In this document: positions 1 through 12,300 of the stretch, one piece after another
Numbering within the stretch: position 1 is the first letter of the stretch
Layout: each line of letters begins with the position of its first letter
Assembly (NCBI GenBank): GCA_950097015.1
Contig: CATNEN010000008.1
Span: forward strand, 434,001 to 498,000
Reading direction: 5' to 3'
DNA length: 64,000 bases
Origin: Macrostomum hystrix
Taxonomy: Eukaryota > Animalia > Platyhelminthes
Program-made: the position numbers and the translations under genes
The notes under the pieces: generated by a model
Database searches by the model: none
Told to the model about the DNA's origin: nothing
The model's input: only the letters and a program-made list of their open reading frames with translations

Positions 1-324
1 AAGAAGTAGGTCTGCAGCACACTGACTGCAATGCAGCGGTCATTGTTCTGCGACATGGAGTTCACCAGAATGCTGGACGGGCTGAGCGCCGCGTTCACTA
101 TGTAGATGATCTGGCGGAATCGCATATGAAAAGCACCATGTGTCATTAGAAATTAGAAATTCATTATAATGATTAAGAAATTAAACTATACTTATTAACT
201 GTATAGTACAACTCACATGAAATACAAACACAGCCACTAGCATGTGCAGTTGAAGGTGTGCCGAGAATTGAGATATATTCGACGCGAAGAAACAATTAGC
301 CAATACGACAAATAAGTAGACGCA
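1..324 (-). CDS. ADGRV1: ADGRV1 7TM exons (TM1-TM3), continuing beyond the window
   Basis: 217-324 reads [36 protein letters not shown]. 1-110 reads [36 protein letters not shown], including the adhesion-GPCR TM3 C-x-A-x-x-x-L-x-x-Y-F motif. Confidence 0.88.
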
Positions 325-3300
325 CTGAAATGTAAGCGCGATTATATATAATGTGTTGAAGGGTAGGAATTTGGCTGAATCAGGCCGTGAGGTGGATGTA
401 TTTGAGGGGTAGGAATTTGGCCGAGTCAGGGCGTGAGGTGGATCTAGTTGAGGGGTAGGAATTTGGACGAGTCAGGGCGTGAGGTGGATGTCGTTGAGGG
501 GTAGGAATTTGGCCGAGTCAGGGCGTGAGTTGGATGTCGTTGAGGGGTAGGAATTTACCTGAGTCAGGGCGTGAGGTGGATGTCGTTGAGTGGTAGGAAT
601 TTATCTGAGCCAGGGCGTGAGGTGGATGTAGTTGAGGGGTAAGAATCTGGCCGAGTCAGGGCGTGAGGTGGATGTCGTTGAAGGGTAGGAATTTGGCCGA
701 GTCAGGGCGTGAGGTGGATGTATTTGAGGGGTAGGAATTTACCTGAGCCAGGGTGTGAGGTGGATGTAGTTGAGGGGTAGGAATTTGGCCGAGTCAGGGC
801 GTGAGGTGGATGTCGTTGAGGGGTAGGAATTTGGACGAGTCAGGGCGTGAGGTGGATGTCGTTGAGGGGTAGGAATTTGGCCGAGTCAGGGCGTGAGGTG
901 GATGTCGTTGAGGGGTAGGAATTTGGACGAGTCAGGGCGTGAGGTGGATGTCGTTGAGGGGTAGGAATTTACCTGAGTCAGGGCGTGAGGTGGATGTCGT
1001 TGAGGGGTAGGAATTTACCTGAGTCAGGGCGTGAGGTGGATGTCGTTGAGGGGTAGGAATTTACCTGAGTCAGGGCGTGAGGTGGATGTCGTTGAGGGGT
1101 AAGAATTTGGCCGAGTCAGGGCGTGAGGTGGGTGTCGTGGAAGGATAGGAATTTGGCCGAGTCAGGGCGTGAGGTGGGTGTTACGAAAGGGATCGACTCA
1201 GACGAAGACTCACAGCCGCAATGCCCATCGGTATATAGAACCACAAATTGTAGCCAACAAGACTGGCCGGATGCTTGTCGATCACTACAGCGTAAGCAGA
1301 CAGGTGGTTGCAGGAGCAGGACACAAAATCGTCCTGTCCAGCGTCCAGTCCTGCCTGATTGTCCACAGTGCACAGACCCGACTGCCAGTTCGTGCCACTC
1401 CAATAGGCGCATCTGGTTTTCATTTGTTTAAAAAAGGCATTTGTAGTTTTTTGCTTTTATTGTCTACTGACAGTAGAAATATAAGAGTAGAATTTTACCG
1501 TGCTCGACGATCGACCAACAGACGATTGTTATTGATAACCCTGAACTGAACAGGCGTACTAATCACTTCGTCCAGATTTTTGTTATCCAGGTTGAATGAA
1601 TAGATCTGCGAATCGTCGTGCCATAGTGTATAGGGATAATAAACAAAATCCTATAAATGAATATTTAAATTTACCGTGTTTGTGAGAATATCCAACGATG
1701 AAGCTTCGAACCACTGCGATGACTTGTAGACAGTAAACTGCACCTTCTGGCACTGCAATTTAAATGGGCTAATGAAACTTTATTCTACGAGAGGTTATAC
1801 GCTAAAATGGTAATACAAATTTTTAGGAAAAATGCTTCGAATCTACTTTAAGTAGTGCACGCGATAACTTACCGCACTGCTGTTGGAACCATCCGGCAGC
1901 AGTTTGCTGGGAAGCTTGAAGTAGGGCTCCCGGTTGCTGGCCAAATCGGTGCTAAAAATAGATTTCATCCGACGTGCAAGTTTTGAAGCTATTTTAGAAA
2001 CGAAGAAAATCTAATTGTTCGTTCAACATTTTGGCAAATCTAGATCTCTCTAATGTTCGGAAAACCCCAGTCATAAAAAATTGATCAATATGGGAATTCT
2101 CCGTTCTTCATCATTAATCCCTTCATATTCTATTGTTGATGTTAGTTAAACCCCTTTGCCTCCTAAAATTAGCATCGGGGAATCCCTCCATCTTCTACTA
2201 TTCATATCGTGGAATCCCTCTGCGTTCTATTATTAACTTTGGGAATTCACTTCTACTCTGAATATCTGGGAATCCCTCAGTATTCTAAAATTAATAGTGG
2301 GGAATCCCTCTGCGTTCTATTATTAACTTCGGGAATTCATTTCTACTCTGAATATCTGGGAATCCCTCAGTATTCTAAAATTAATAGTGGGGAATCCCTC
2401 TGCGTTCTATTATTAACTTCGGGAATTCACTTCTACTCTGAATATCTGGGAATCCCTCAGTATTCTAAAATTAATATCGGGGAATCCCTCTGCGTTCTAT
2501 TATTAACTTCGGGAATTCACTTCTACTCTGAATATCTGGGAATCCCTCAGTATTCTAAAATTAATATCGGGGAATTCCTCCGTCTTCTACTCTTGATATC
2601 TGGAATCCCTGCGTCTACTATAACTATTTACTATTCGCTTCCGATAATAAGAATGGGAGAATCCCCGTGTCTCATTCAATATATGACAATATGAAGCAAA
2701 TATTTCAAAGAATGGAGTCAGTGGAACTCACGCAGTGTTGAGATAGACTTTTCCATTGATATTTCTTGGCTGCAGGTTGGCCACGCGGGACACAATCTCA
2801 GGACAGACGTTGAACATCCTGGAAATGGAATGCGTAGAACTGAATTTTCGCTTTTTACTCGTAAAGCCTTTAATGCTCCCACTATATTGACTCGATGCTT
2901 AATGCTTTAGTTCTGATATTTTTGTTTTTGCTCCTCACTGTTCAGTGAACTCGCAGGCACCGGCTGGCACAATGGCAAAGCTGAAGCCAGCCAGCAGGTC
3001 TGCCAGATCCGATCTAGACGTTGTGGCGTCGCTTCGACTCTGCTGCACCAGGCCGCAATAGATTCCGAAGACCGCCGTCTTCTGCTCGGCGCTCAGCGCT
3101 CCGCCGATCGTCGCGGTCGACGCTGAGGCAACCGAGTTCACGTTGGCAAGGAAGCTGGACAGCAGGGTCAGGCGGGAGTTGCTAAGGCCATTGGGGTAGG
3201 CTGTGGGCGAGGCGAGCTTCTGAGCTTCGGCGAGAGCAGCGCTCAGCTCAGCCGATGTGCTCAGCGGCATGTTGAACAGATCCCAGAGAGCCGCATCCGA

Positions 3301-6300
3301 GTTGTCCACAATGGTGATGTTGGCTTGGGTTTCGTCAGGCGATAAACTGAACATATGCGGGAGAAAAACACTTGATGAGATGAGCTCAAAGTTGAAGGAA
3401 TAACTTGCTTTGGAAGTCTAAAAATATTATCATCAGGGTCTGAAAGATGACTTTAAATGGAAAACTAAATTTCACCTGATGATTCACCGCGTAAAGTTGC
3501 TTTAAAACGACTGTACAACTGCTGCTTGTGGAAGGGCCAGATGGGAACCACACCCACCCTAAATTAACCTAGATAATTTCATGGCCGGGCCATGAGTTGT
3601 TGTAAATCCGACGCTCACACGTCAGCACAGTTTTTTCTGGTTAACCATCCCAATAGTTACCATGGCAACCAGAGATAGCAAAGCTACGCCCGAAACTCAC
3701 GTAGCTCCACCGTCGACAGACAGCAGGCTGAAAAGGAACACTCGCGGCTGGTACGCCGAGTCCGAGTCCCCGCCGCTGCCATAGAGCCCAACCCGAACGA
3801 TCAGCTGGGTGACGCCCGGTCGGAACAGCGCCACGCCGGCGGTGGCGTTGAAGTCGCGACTGGTGCGAGCGCGCAGCACTTGGATGCCGCCGCGGGTTAC
3901 GGAGGCCGGGTTAATCTCGCTAGTCGTGTAGACGACAGCTGACAGAACGATCGTTGCCCTTGAATCAGTGGAGTGAAAAGTGAAGATTCATACATTTTTA
4001 CGGCACGCAATCAAACAAAAATCTGCTTGTTAATTTCTATGTCGAATAATTTTCTATGGATAAATCCTTCGAAAGACCATGGGAAATCCCAGGAAAATCC
4101 ATCGGAAATCCATGAAAACCCATGGGAAATCCCAGGAAAATCCGCGGAAAATCCCATGATTGCAAGGTTGAAATCACAAAGAAATATTTTACCTGCGCGC
4201 GCACTATCTCGATGTCGGCGTACTGGTCCAGCCGACGCACCGTCAGCATAGTCTCTGGCAAACCAATCAAACCATCAGGGTAGTCACTCGGTTCCGATGT
4301 GATATTGGCGTAGAAGTACAATCGATCCAGCTCAGCCGACGGACGCGCGTCGATTAGCACAATCAGATAGCGCCGCTGCCTCTCTGGGGCTTCGTCCTGC
4401 ACCATCGGGATAGTCAGCTCGCAGGCGCCGCCGGGTGCGTCGCCGCGGCAAACAGTCTCGCCTTGCAGCATCCTCAGCTCCGTAGCCAGCTGGGCCGAGT
4501 CCTGCGCTGGCGTCGATGTCAGCGACACCTTCGCCTGCCAGGAGACCGTGACATCGGCGGCGAGGCTATCGCTTCGGGCTAGCTGGATGGTCAGCAACGG
4601 ATCGTCCGAGGCATCCTCGGACACGACTGTCTCGCGCGAAGCCGGAGCCACGCTGATGACGCCGTTGTAGACTCCGTTTCGCATGATGGTCACCATGGCG
4701 TAGCTCTAGAAGTGGGTGGGCCGATGGAGAAGGCGACAGTGAGACGGCGAGTAACTACCGGGATGCGAACTCAAGGATTCGAACTCAGGGATCTTGATGC
4801 AAGAGAGTTCAGAAACTTCACCCCTTGACAATGTCCTAGAACTCCTGAAGTACTAGTACATCTAGCTGCGTTCATTTCTCTATAATTCAAGCCTCACAGT
4901 TTTGAAACCATCCGAAGCGGTACCGTCAGCAAGGCGTGGCATCTGGGCCCCCGGACTGGACGCTGGCAGGCTGATGTACACCAGCGCAGTCTCTTCAAGC
5001 TCCGGAATGGCGTCCTTGATGATGTTCAGCTGGACTGTTTTTCTAGTTTCGCCGTCCTTAGGATTTTTTTTTCAGAAACGAGTATTTAAAATCTAATGAA
5101 AGACTTCAAAATTCCTGCAAGTATATTCACTGCTCAAAGATTGATAGATTGATTGAGCAGATTCCAAAACTCAAAAAGCTGACTCCTAGACTCGCTGAGC
5201 ATAGAGCATAGAGCAGATTCCAAGATCTATTAAGCAGATTCCTAGTCTATTGAGCAGATTCCAAGATCTATTGAGCAGATTCCAAGATCTATTGAGCAGA
5301 TTCCTAGTCTATTGAGCAGATTCCTAGTCTATTGAGCAGATTTCAAGATCTATTGAGCAGATTCCAAGATCTATTAAGCAGATTCCTAGTCTATTGAGCA
5401 GATTCCTAGACTTACTCAGCAGATTCCAAGATCTATTGAGCAGATTCCTAGTCGATTGAGCAGATTCCTAGACTTACTCAGCAGATTCCTAGACATACTG
5501 AGCAGATTCCTAGATTCACTGAGCATATTCCTTGATTCACTGAGCAGATTCTTAATTCCCTCCAAATATCCTATCGACTTCAGCCAGCAGTCGCAGGCCT
5601 CACAGCGAAGGTGACGGCCGTGTCCAGCGGAACATAGTCGGCATTGGCTGTGGCAGCCGCAGCAGCATTCCTATTGGCCAGCACAGCGCCAATGGTGTAG
5701 TTGTTAGCCGACGGCTGAACGTTGATCTCACTGATCCAGGTTTCACCGCCGCCAACGGTGCGCAGAATCACCGTAGCCGAGCCGCTGACGCCGGCGTCTC
5801 GCTGGATCACTATGGCAACCGATTCGCCCTCCGAGGCATTCATTGGCACCGCGGTGACGCTTAGAAGGCCGAAGGGATCGTTGTTGGCGCGGATGACTAT
5901 CTTTGAGAGGCCGAATAGTTGGCTAACACGGGGAGTCACGTCTGAAAATTTGGTTGCGAAGTTGGATTTCATGTTGCAATCGTGTAGATATACGTAATGA
6001 TAAAGGCATGGTTGCTATGGTATTGTTTTGGTTGCTATGAAATGGGGTCAAGTTGCTATGGTATAGGTCTGGTTGTTATGACTGGGTCTAGTTGCGATGG
6101 AATAGGTCTGGTTGCTATGACATAGGGTCTAGTTGCTATGGTATACTTCTGGTTGTTATGACAGGGTCTAGTTGCTATGACATAGGGTCTAGTTGCTATG
6201 ACATAGGGTCTGGTTGCTATGACGTAGGGTCTGGTTGCTATGGTATAGTTTGGTTGCTATAAAATGGCCTATTTCTGGTTGTTTTTTAGTCTCACATGAT

Positions 6301-9300
6301 TGTGAGATCTTGAGGGTGTTAATCTCAGCAAAAGAAAAATCCAACATGGAACTCACAGCCAGCGCTAATGGAAGGCAGTCGCTCAACAGATGTAATATTG
6401 ATATAAAAATATTCCTCAGTCTCCGGCACCGTGTCAGACACAATCTGCACAATCACTGTGGCCTGTACGGAGCCCTCAGTGAAGGACAGGGCGCTGTTGA
6501 TTGGCCAGTAGTCCTGATTGGGCTGTTGCTGTGCCAGGAAGTGTTCGATACTGTACAGCCACGTTGCCGCGAGATCCGAATCGACGGATTATCGAAACAG
6601 ATACCTGGAGAAACAATGTTGGACTTGCGAATAAATTTTCACGAATGCATAGCGTGCAACTTGCGGTTCATTAGTTGTCAGGTGGTTCACCTGTCCGGTC
6701 GACTCGTCCACGTAAACCACACGCGAGGCGGGCGCGAACTGCAGCACTCCTCGCGGATCGATCTCGCAGGTGAGACGCGACGAGTCCAGCCGGGCACCGC
6801 CAGGCGCGCTGGTTGCCAAAGCGGAGCCGGAGTCCAGGAACACGGCGAATTGTTGCGATGCCCCGTTGACAGGGTTCAACTGCAGAGACAATGTATTCGT
6901 TTGCATTTTTAGGGTCGCTTATCTCTACAGTATTTAATGTCCGTATGGGGGCTCTATTTGCTAATCTATATACATTCAAAATGCGTAAACAGATATTTGA
7001 TAAATACAGTAATTGTGTGACATACAGCAACACTGAAATTAGCCATCGCCTGTCCGTGCACCATGTAGACAGTGCGCCCAACGTCAGTGGCAACGGAGCC
7101 GACGGTCGCGCCGGCTGGCAGAGCGGCCGCTGAGCCGGACGGGAAGCCGGGCGACCAGGTGACAGCCACCTGGCCGAATGAGCCAACTCGGTACAAGGTG
7201 AGCTGGGCCTTGCTCTGATCTGCAGGAGAGTGTAAGTTGCTTATCTTTAGGGTACTAGCCCCACATATGCTAAAAAGAAGAAAGACCCGGACGTGTTTCA
7301 AATAACCATCTTTATTTTTTGTATCTTTTAAATTATTTAATCAATCGCCATGAAATTGGCGAGCACAGGCAAAAATTGTCCGCTCTATCCGATAAAACAA
7401 CTTCAAGAGTCACAAAACATCGGCATCGACATGATATTCAACGATTCTCGTAGGGTTGTCTTGTGGCGAAAACCAATATAGGCATTTTTTCTGCTCACAA
7501 AACTTCTTCATGTATCCATGTCGGCAACCATTTTTGACAATTTCGTACTGAATATACTGTTAATGGTATCATTTTTATCCAATATGGATTGCGATACAGC
7601 TAGTTTATACAGAGAAATGTTAGTTGTCCTTCTCACCAGGGTCATCGCAAACTTTATCAGCACGTCACGCGAATGTGCCTGCATAATCTCCGTCTTCGGT
7701 GGTCCACCGACCTTGCTGGAGCTGCTGGACCTTCAACAAGTGGTACCAGCCGAATATGGACACCCTGTTGCAACTTTTTCTTATTTCGCTGATCAAGCCT
7801 CAATATAGGACGAAGCTCAACCACAGGACCTTCGCTAAGTCTGTCAGCACCGTCAGCAGAGTGCCTCCAGCTGGCTAAGGAGTCCCTAAAGCGAATTTTC
7901 CTACTTTCGCTGGATAAAGCCTGGATATTGGCCTAAACTCAACTATTACTTTTTGAAGGTCAAGCAGCTCCGTCTAGATAAATGTGTGATCATAAAAAAT
8001 ATGTGACCACCGAAGTCGGAGACGATGCAGGCACATTCGGGTGACGTGCTGATAAAGTTTGAAGGCCTAGCAAGGCCGCACTGAGGCGCAGTGCTAATTC
8101 GTGTATAGGGGTGTATGAAATACACTAGCGCCTATGGGAAAAACCTGACCTTCGGTCAGAACCGTTCAACATCTCGATGTTCTGAACGGCTGGCGACTTA
8201 GTTCTTGTTTCAGAAGATGCGCAACAAAAATTTGGCCAGTTTTCTTGAGTTCGTTTGCTTGCTGTTGCTCCGTTCGGACGCAGAAAAAAAATTGTCAAGG
8301 GGAATTTCCCCGCCCCCTAGGTTGTTCTACTGTTAAGACAATTTTATCACATAATCAGTACAGGCAATGAGGCAGACCCATTGTAAAAATTGTAAATGAA
8401 ATTCACAAGACTAATTACTTATTACAGAAGTTTTTTAAGATGTACACCTACAGCGAGAGGTTGAACGGTTAACGCGTTTTCCTCCCGTACCAAGGTCCCT
8501 GAGCTCGATTCCACAGCGAGGCCATATTAATTTGGGGTGCAGCCGCGTAGAGAAGGCTTGGGGGCTAGTCACTAGTTTCAATTTGTTAATTTGGTCATTT
8601 TTATTTTTGGTCTTTCCTAATTTGGTCTTCCCCTCGTATGTTAGGAAAGTGGGAAGTGGGACTGGGAGCTCGTATCTAGCTGGGCGGGTGCTATTGTTGA
8701 CTGTCGCCTGGTATGGATCTATCAGTATTCAATGACGAACTTCGCTTCTTTAATATGCGTTATGTTGTTGCAATAGTTTTTTTGGCATACAACATCTTGT
8801 TTTAACCTTCAGAGATGTATGATCTGTTACGTAAGCGTGAATCAATATCAAATCGATCAATAAAAGTATTGTGTAATTAAACAAAAAAACTAAGTCTTCA
8901 TAACTCTAAAATAGTTTTTTTTTCAATCCAGAATGACAAGGATGCCAGAATGCTTTTTAAGACATTAAAAGGCAAAAAAATATTTTAGGAATACGTAGGA
9001 GTATATTTGACTAAACACTACTCTGTACTCACAAGCAATCCAGTAACAGCGCCACAGAAAAACCAACAATTGATCATATAGAGCAGAAAATCGAATCAAG
9101 TCGAAATTCAATTAAGGTGATTCTTTGTTTGAAAATGCCAAAGCCGACTTCAGTATAACTTCATTTAAACTAACAATCGAACAAATTTCAAGCCTCATTT
9201 GAAGTCAAATGGCTTCTCCTCCACAACCAGCTCGTGACAATTGACGGGCTGATCCAGTATAAGAGTTGAGAAGATCTGATCCATGAAGCCGGGTATGTAG

Positions 9301-12300
9301 GCGCAGGCCCTAGTGAGATCTGGACAGAAGTTCACCTCGCAGGCGAAGCACTGCAGCCCGCTGATGCCCCCGCTAGTAGCAGCGGCCGCGGCGGCGCTGT
9401 CCCAGCCCAGGATCAAATCAGCCGCATAGATGGCTCGAGACTGCGGATTGTGCGCGATGCCTTTTGGTGGCGGGTGTCGAACCGCTAGGCGCACAATGTC
9501 CAACAAGGTTGGGAGCACCAGTTCAGCTTCAATCTGGCCCCAAGTGAGGCCACGTTCGGCGTATTGCGCGTCGAACAACGGCACAAACTCCTGACAGTCA
9601 ATATTCTTCAAAGCCTGGTCGGCCTGATAATTCATGACGGTGAAGTGGGTGGCATAGTCGTGCATCAGAGCCGGTTCAAGGCTGTACGGCTTGTTGGAGA
9701 AGCGCAGCCAGAATTTGCGATAGACGTAGGCAGTTAGAGGACGCACAGAGCGCAAGATGATCATGTAGCGGAAGTCGAACTTCACTGGCCCACCGGACAG
9801 ATCCTGACGTTTGAATAACAACGGCCGGTGTACATAACGACTGGCAATGCATGGGGTAGCCTGGCAGCGTTTTAATAGCTCTACAAGGCCCAGGCGGAAG
9901 ACGTCGCAGACAAAGATGCCAATACCGCGGCCCATGTTCCACGGCTTTACTATCCAATAGCGATCGTCGCTGTCACAGTCAGCATTTTCAGCATTGCCTG
10001 CCTTGGCCAGAGCATTTCCAATGTGAGCGCAGAAGCGGTCTAGCTCCAGCTCAAGATTGAAAGTCAGCGGATACCAACTGGCGCCGGCCTCCATTGCCAA
10101 ACTGGCTAAGAGGTCTTTCACTGTGAGTACATTCTCAAACGGAAACTGGTTTACCAACACACCAGGCCGGGCAATGCTCAAACCGTCGAAGTCTTTAAAA
10201 TGATCAGTCAGCCAAAGTATGTCTGCGGTATCCGGGTCCTCAGTTAGTTGAAACTTCTCGCCACAAGTCAAATGATTCGACACAAATTCAAGATTGCTAA
10301 ATACGCGCATTGGCCGACCTAGCGATGCAACCGACGGCGCATTAGCCAGACTTTCCAACGATGGCAACGACTCGTTGATGCGATGACCAGCGAAAAACTC
10401 GGCGGCAAACGTGGCCGGATTGTGACCCGTCGGGTGACTGCCCGGAGTCGGATAGAAAGGCAGCTGGCGCCGAAGCCTCGGTCGATCGCACAGGCTCTCA
10501 TACAGCTGTGCGTGGAAGCGCTCTGCCAAGATTCGGCAGTGGCGCAGAGCAGGCTCACGAGCAAAGCCCTCGACCCAATCTCTTGTTGCCTCATCGTACA
10601 CTGCCATGCTGCGTAACGGAAACATGACCGAATAAACCGTGCCGCTAGTCAGGTGAATGAAGGGAAACACCTTGACTGATGGCGCATCAGAATGGCGTAT
10701 GCTAGACCCGAACTCGTCCATCACGTACCAGACGTTTGTGGAGGCGTCATTGGCACCGGGTCTTTGAATGCGATAAAAGTTAGCAACTCGCCAGACGTGC
10801 TCACGAACAATGGGTGGCGGCTTATCAGCCTGCAGGCCCGAGTCTTCCTCGCCCAGGCCTGGATAAACAATGTCCTCTAGTCGGCGTCGGGCATTATTAT
10901 TCGACATCACCTGGGCGAGCTGGGTATCGATTTCCTCCGCCAGAAAGCTAAAGAAATGATCAATTAGGTAGACGTGGCTGGAGTCGTCAAGCAGGATACC
11001 TTCCGACGCGATAGCTTGGACTCGGTATTCGTACAGCATCACATCATGCTGATCGTCGGCAAGACTGTGCGGACAATAATCGCGCAACAGTCGGCCAGCT
11101 TTGATGCGGACAAAGCTCTCGCCAGCATCATAGATTTCAGAGGAGACCTTCTTATGCAATGTTGGCCAGTAGTGCTTGGGCAGGCCAGACAGGGTCAGTT
11201 GGCCACTGTGAAGGCGTTCGAAATCTTCATATGATTCAACAGTTTCTGCTTTTGTAGTTTGCGCTTTCTGCATGCTTTTTGGAAATTTGTTATAGGACTT
11301 CTTGAAAGGCTGAAATTTGATATGAGTTTTCAACATATACATACCTTTTTAACTTAGTAGGACTTGATTTACATTTTAGTATTGTCATTTATATTTTGCT
11401 ATAGCTATTACAATACAAGAGTATAATAGATAAGAATACCAATACCAATGACTAGGCCCTATAGGGTAATGTATCATCAACCGAACAGTGTATCTTCAAA
11501 ACCGAACAAGAATTTTGACTCCTTCCTTGGTCTCGTGCAAGACAGAAACAAGCTATTGTGTTTCACAGAACAACTAATTTGAAAGTTGAAGAAATTATCT
11601 ACAAGCTGAGGCATGATGTGCAATGAAGCATTAAGAGGAAAAAAAGATATTGATGTTTCAGTAGAAATTTTTATTGCAAAAGCATACTTTTTAACAACAT
11701 TTTTTCAGTATGTACTTTAGACGAAAATTGTATGCGGTTGCTTGCCAATTAAATGACCATAAATGTAGTTATTTATAGAGCATGAAAAATGCTTTCAAAT
11801 GACATAATTCATGATAGATCACTCCTTAAAAATAAGATTAAACCACTCACTCAAATAGTAAAACCAAACATCAAATTCGCTGTTTGGTTTGAAGATACAT
11901 GAAAATCATTGTTCGGTTTTAGATAAAAAGCAGGAATAACATTTTTTCTATTTGTCAAAATAGCAAAAGCAGATACTTTTTAGAAAGATGTAACTGTTTT
12001 CTATAACTTGGCTTTTGATTTATCATCATATCTTAAATAGAAAATCTGTAGCTTAGGTTTGAAGTTAAAAAAATACACATTCTTGTTTGGTTGATGATAC
12101 ATTACCCTATAAAGTCAAATACAAGCATCACAAATATATTTAATAGCAACACAAGCAGGTGGCTAATGAAATTTTAATAGGCTAACTTTGCTATTTAATT
12201 ATTTTAAATAGCTTGCCAAATCTTCTAGTTCTTGAATATCCAACAAAATGTCCAGTTAGCAATTAGAATTGTCATAATAGTTAGTAGCTAATATTTTAAT

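Noticed and set aside
361-1180. Regular repeats (also 5130-5550, 21382-21575 and 57560-58168) as CRISPR arrays
   Set aside because: The units are head-to-tail with no unique spacers, there are no cas genes, and the context is eukaryotic introns.
1169-1549. Plus-strand ORF with a cystatin/stefin-like QVVAG motif ([18 protein letters not shown]...LP)
   Set aside because: It is exactly antisense to the GPS exon: TCC TGC AAC CAC CTG (S-C-N-H-L) reverse-complements to CAG GTG GTT GCA GGA (QVVAG). The ORF starts in the minisatellite on a GTG codon and lacks a credible start. Coincidental mirror.
2209-2694. ORF with 30-aa repeats
   Set aside because: It is the translation of the 90-bp intronic tandem repeat, has a non-ATG start and shows no splice or domain support.
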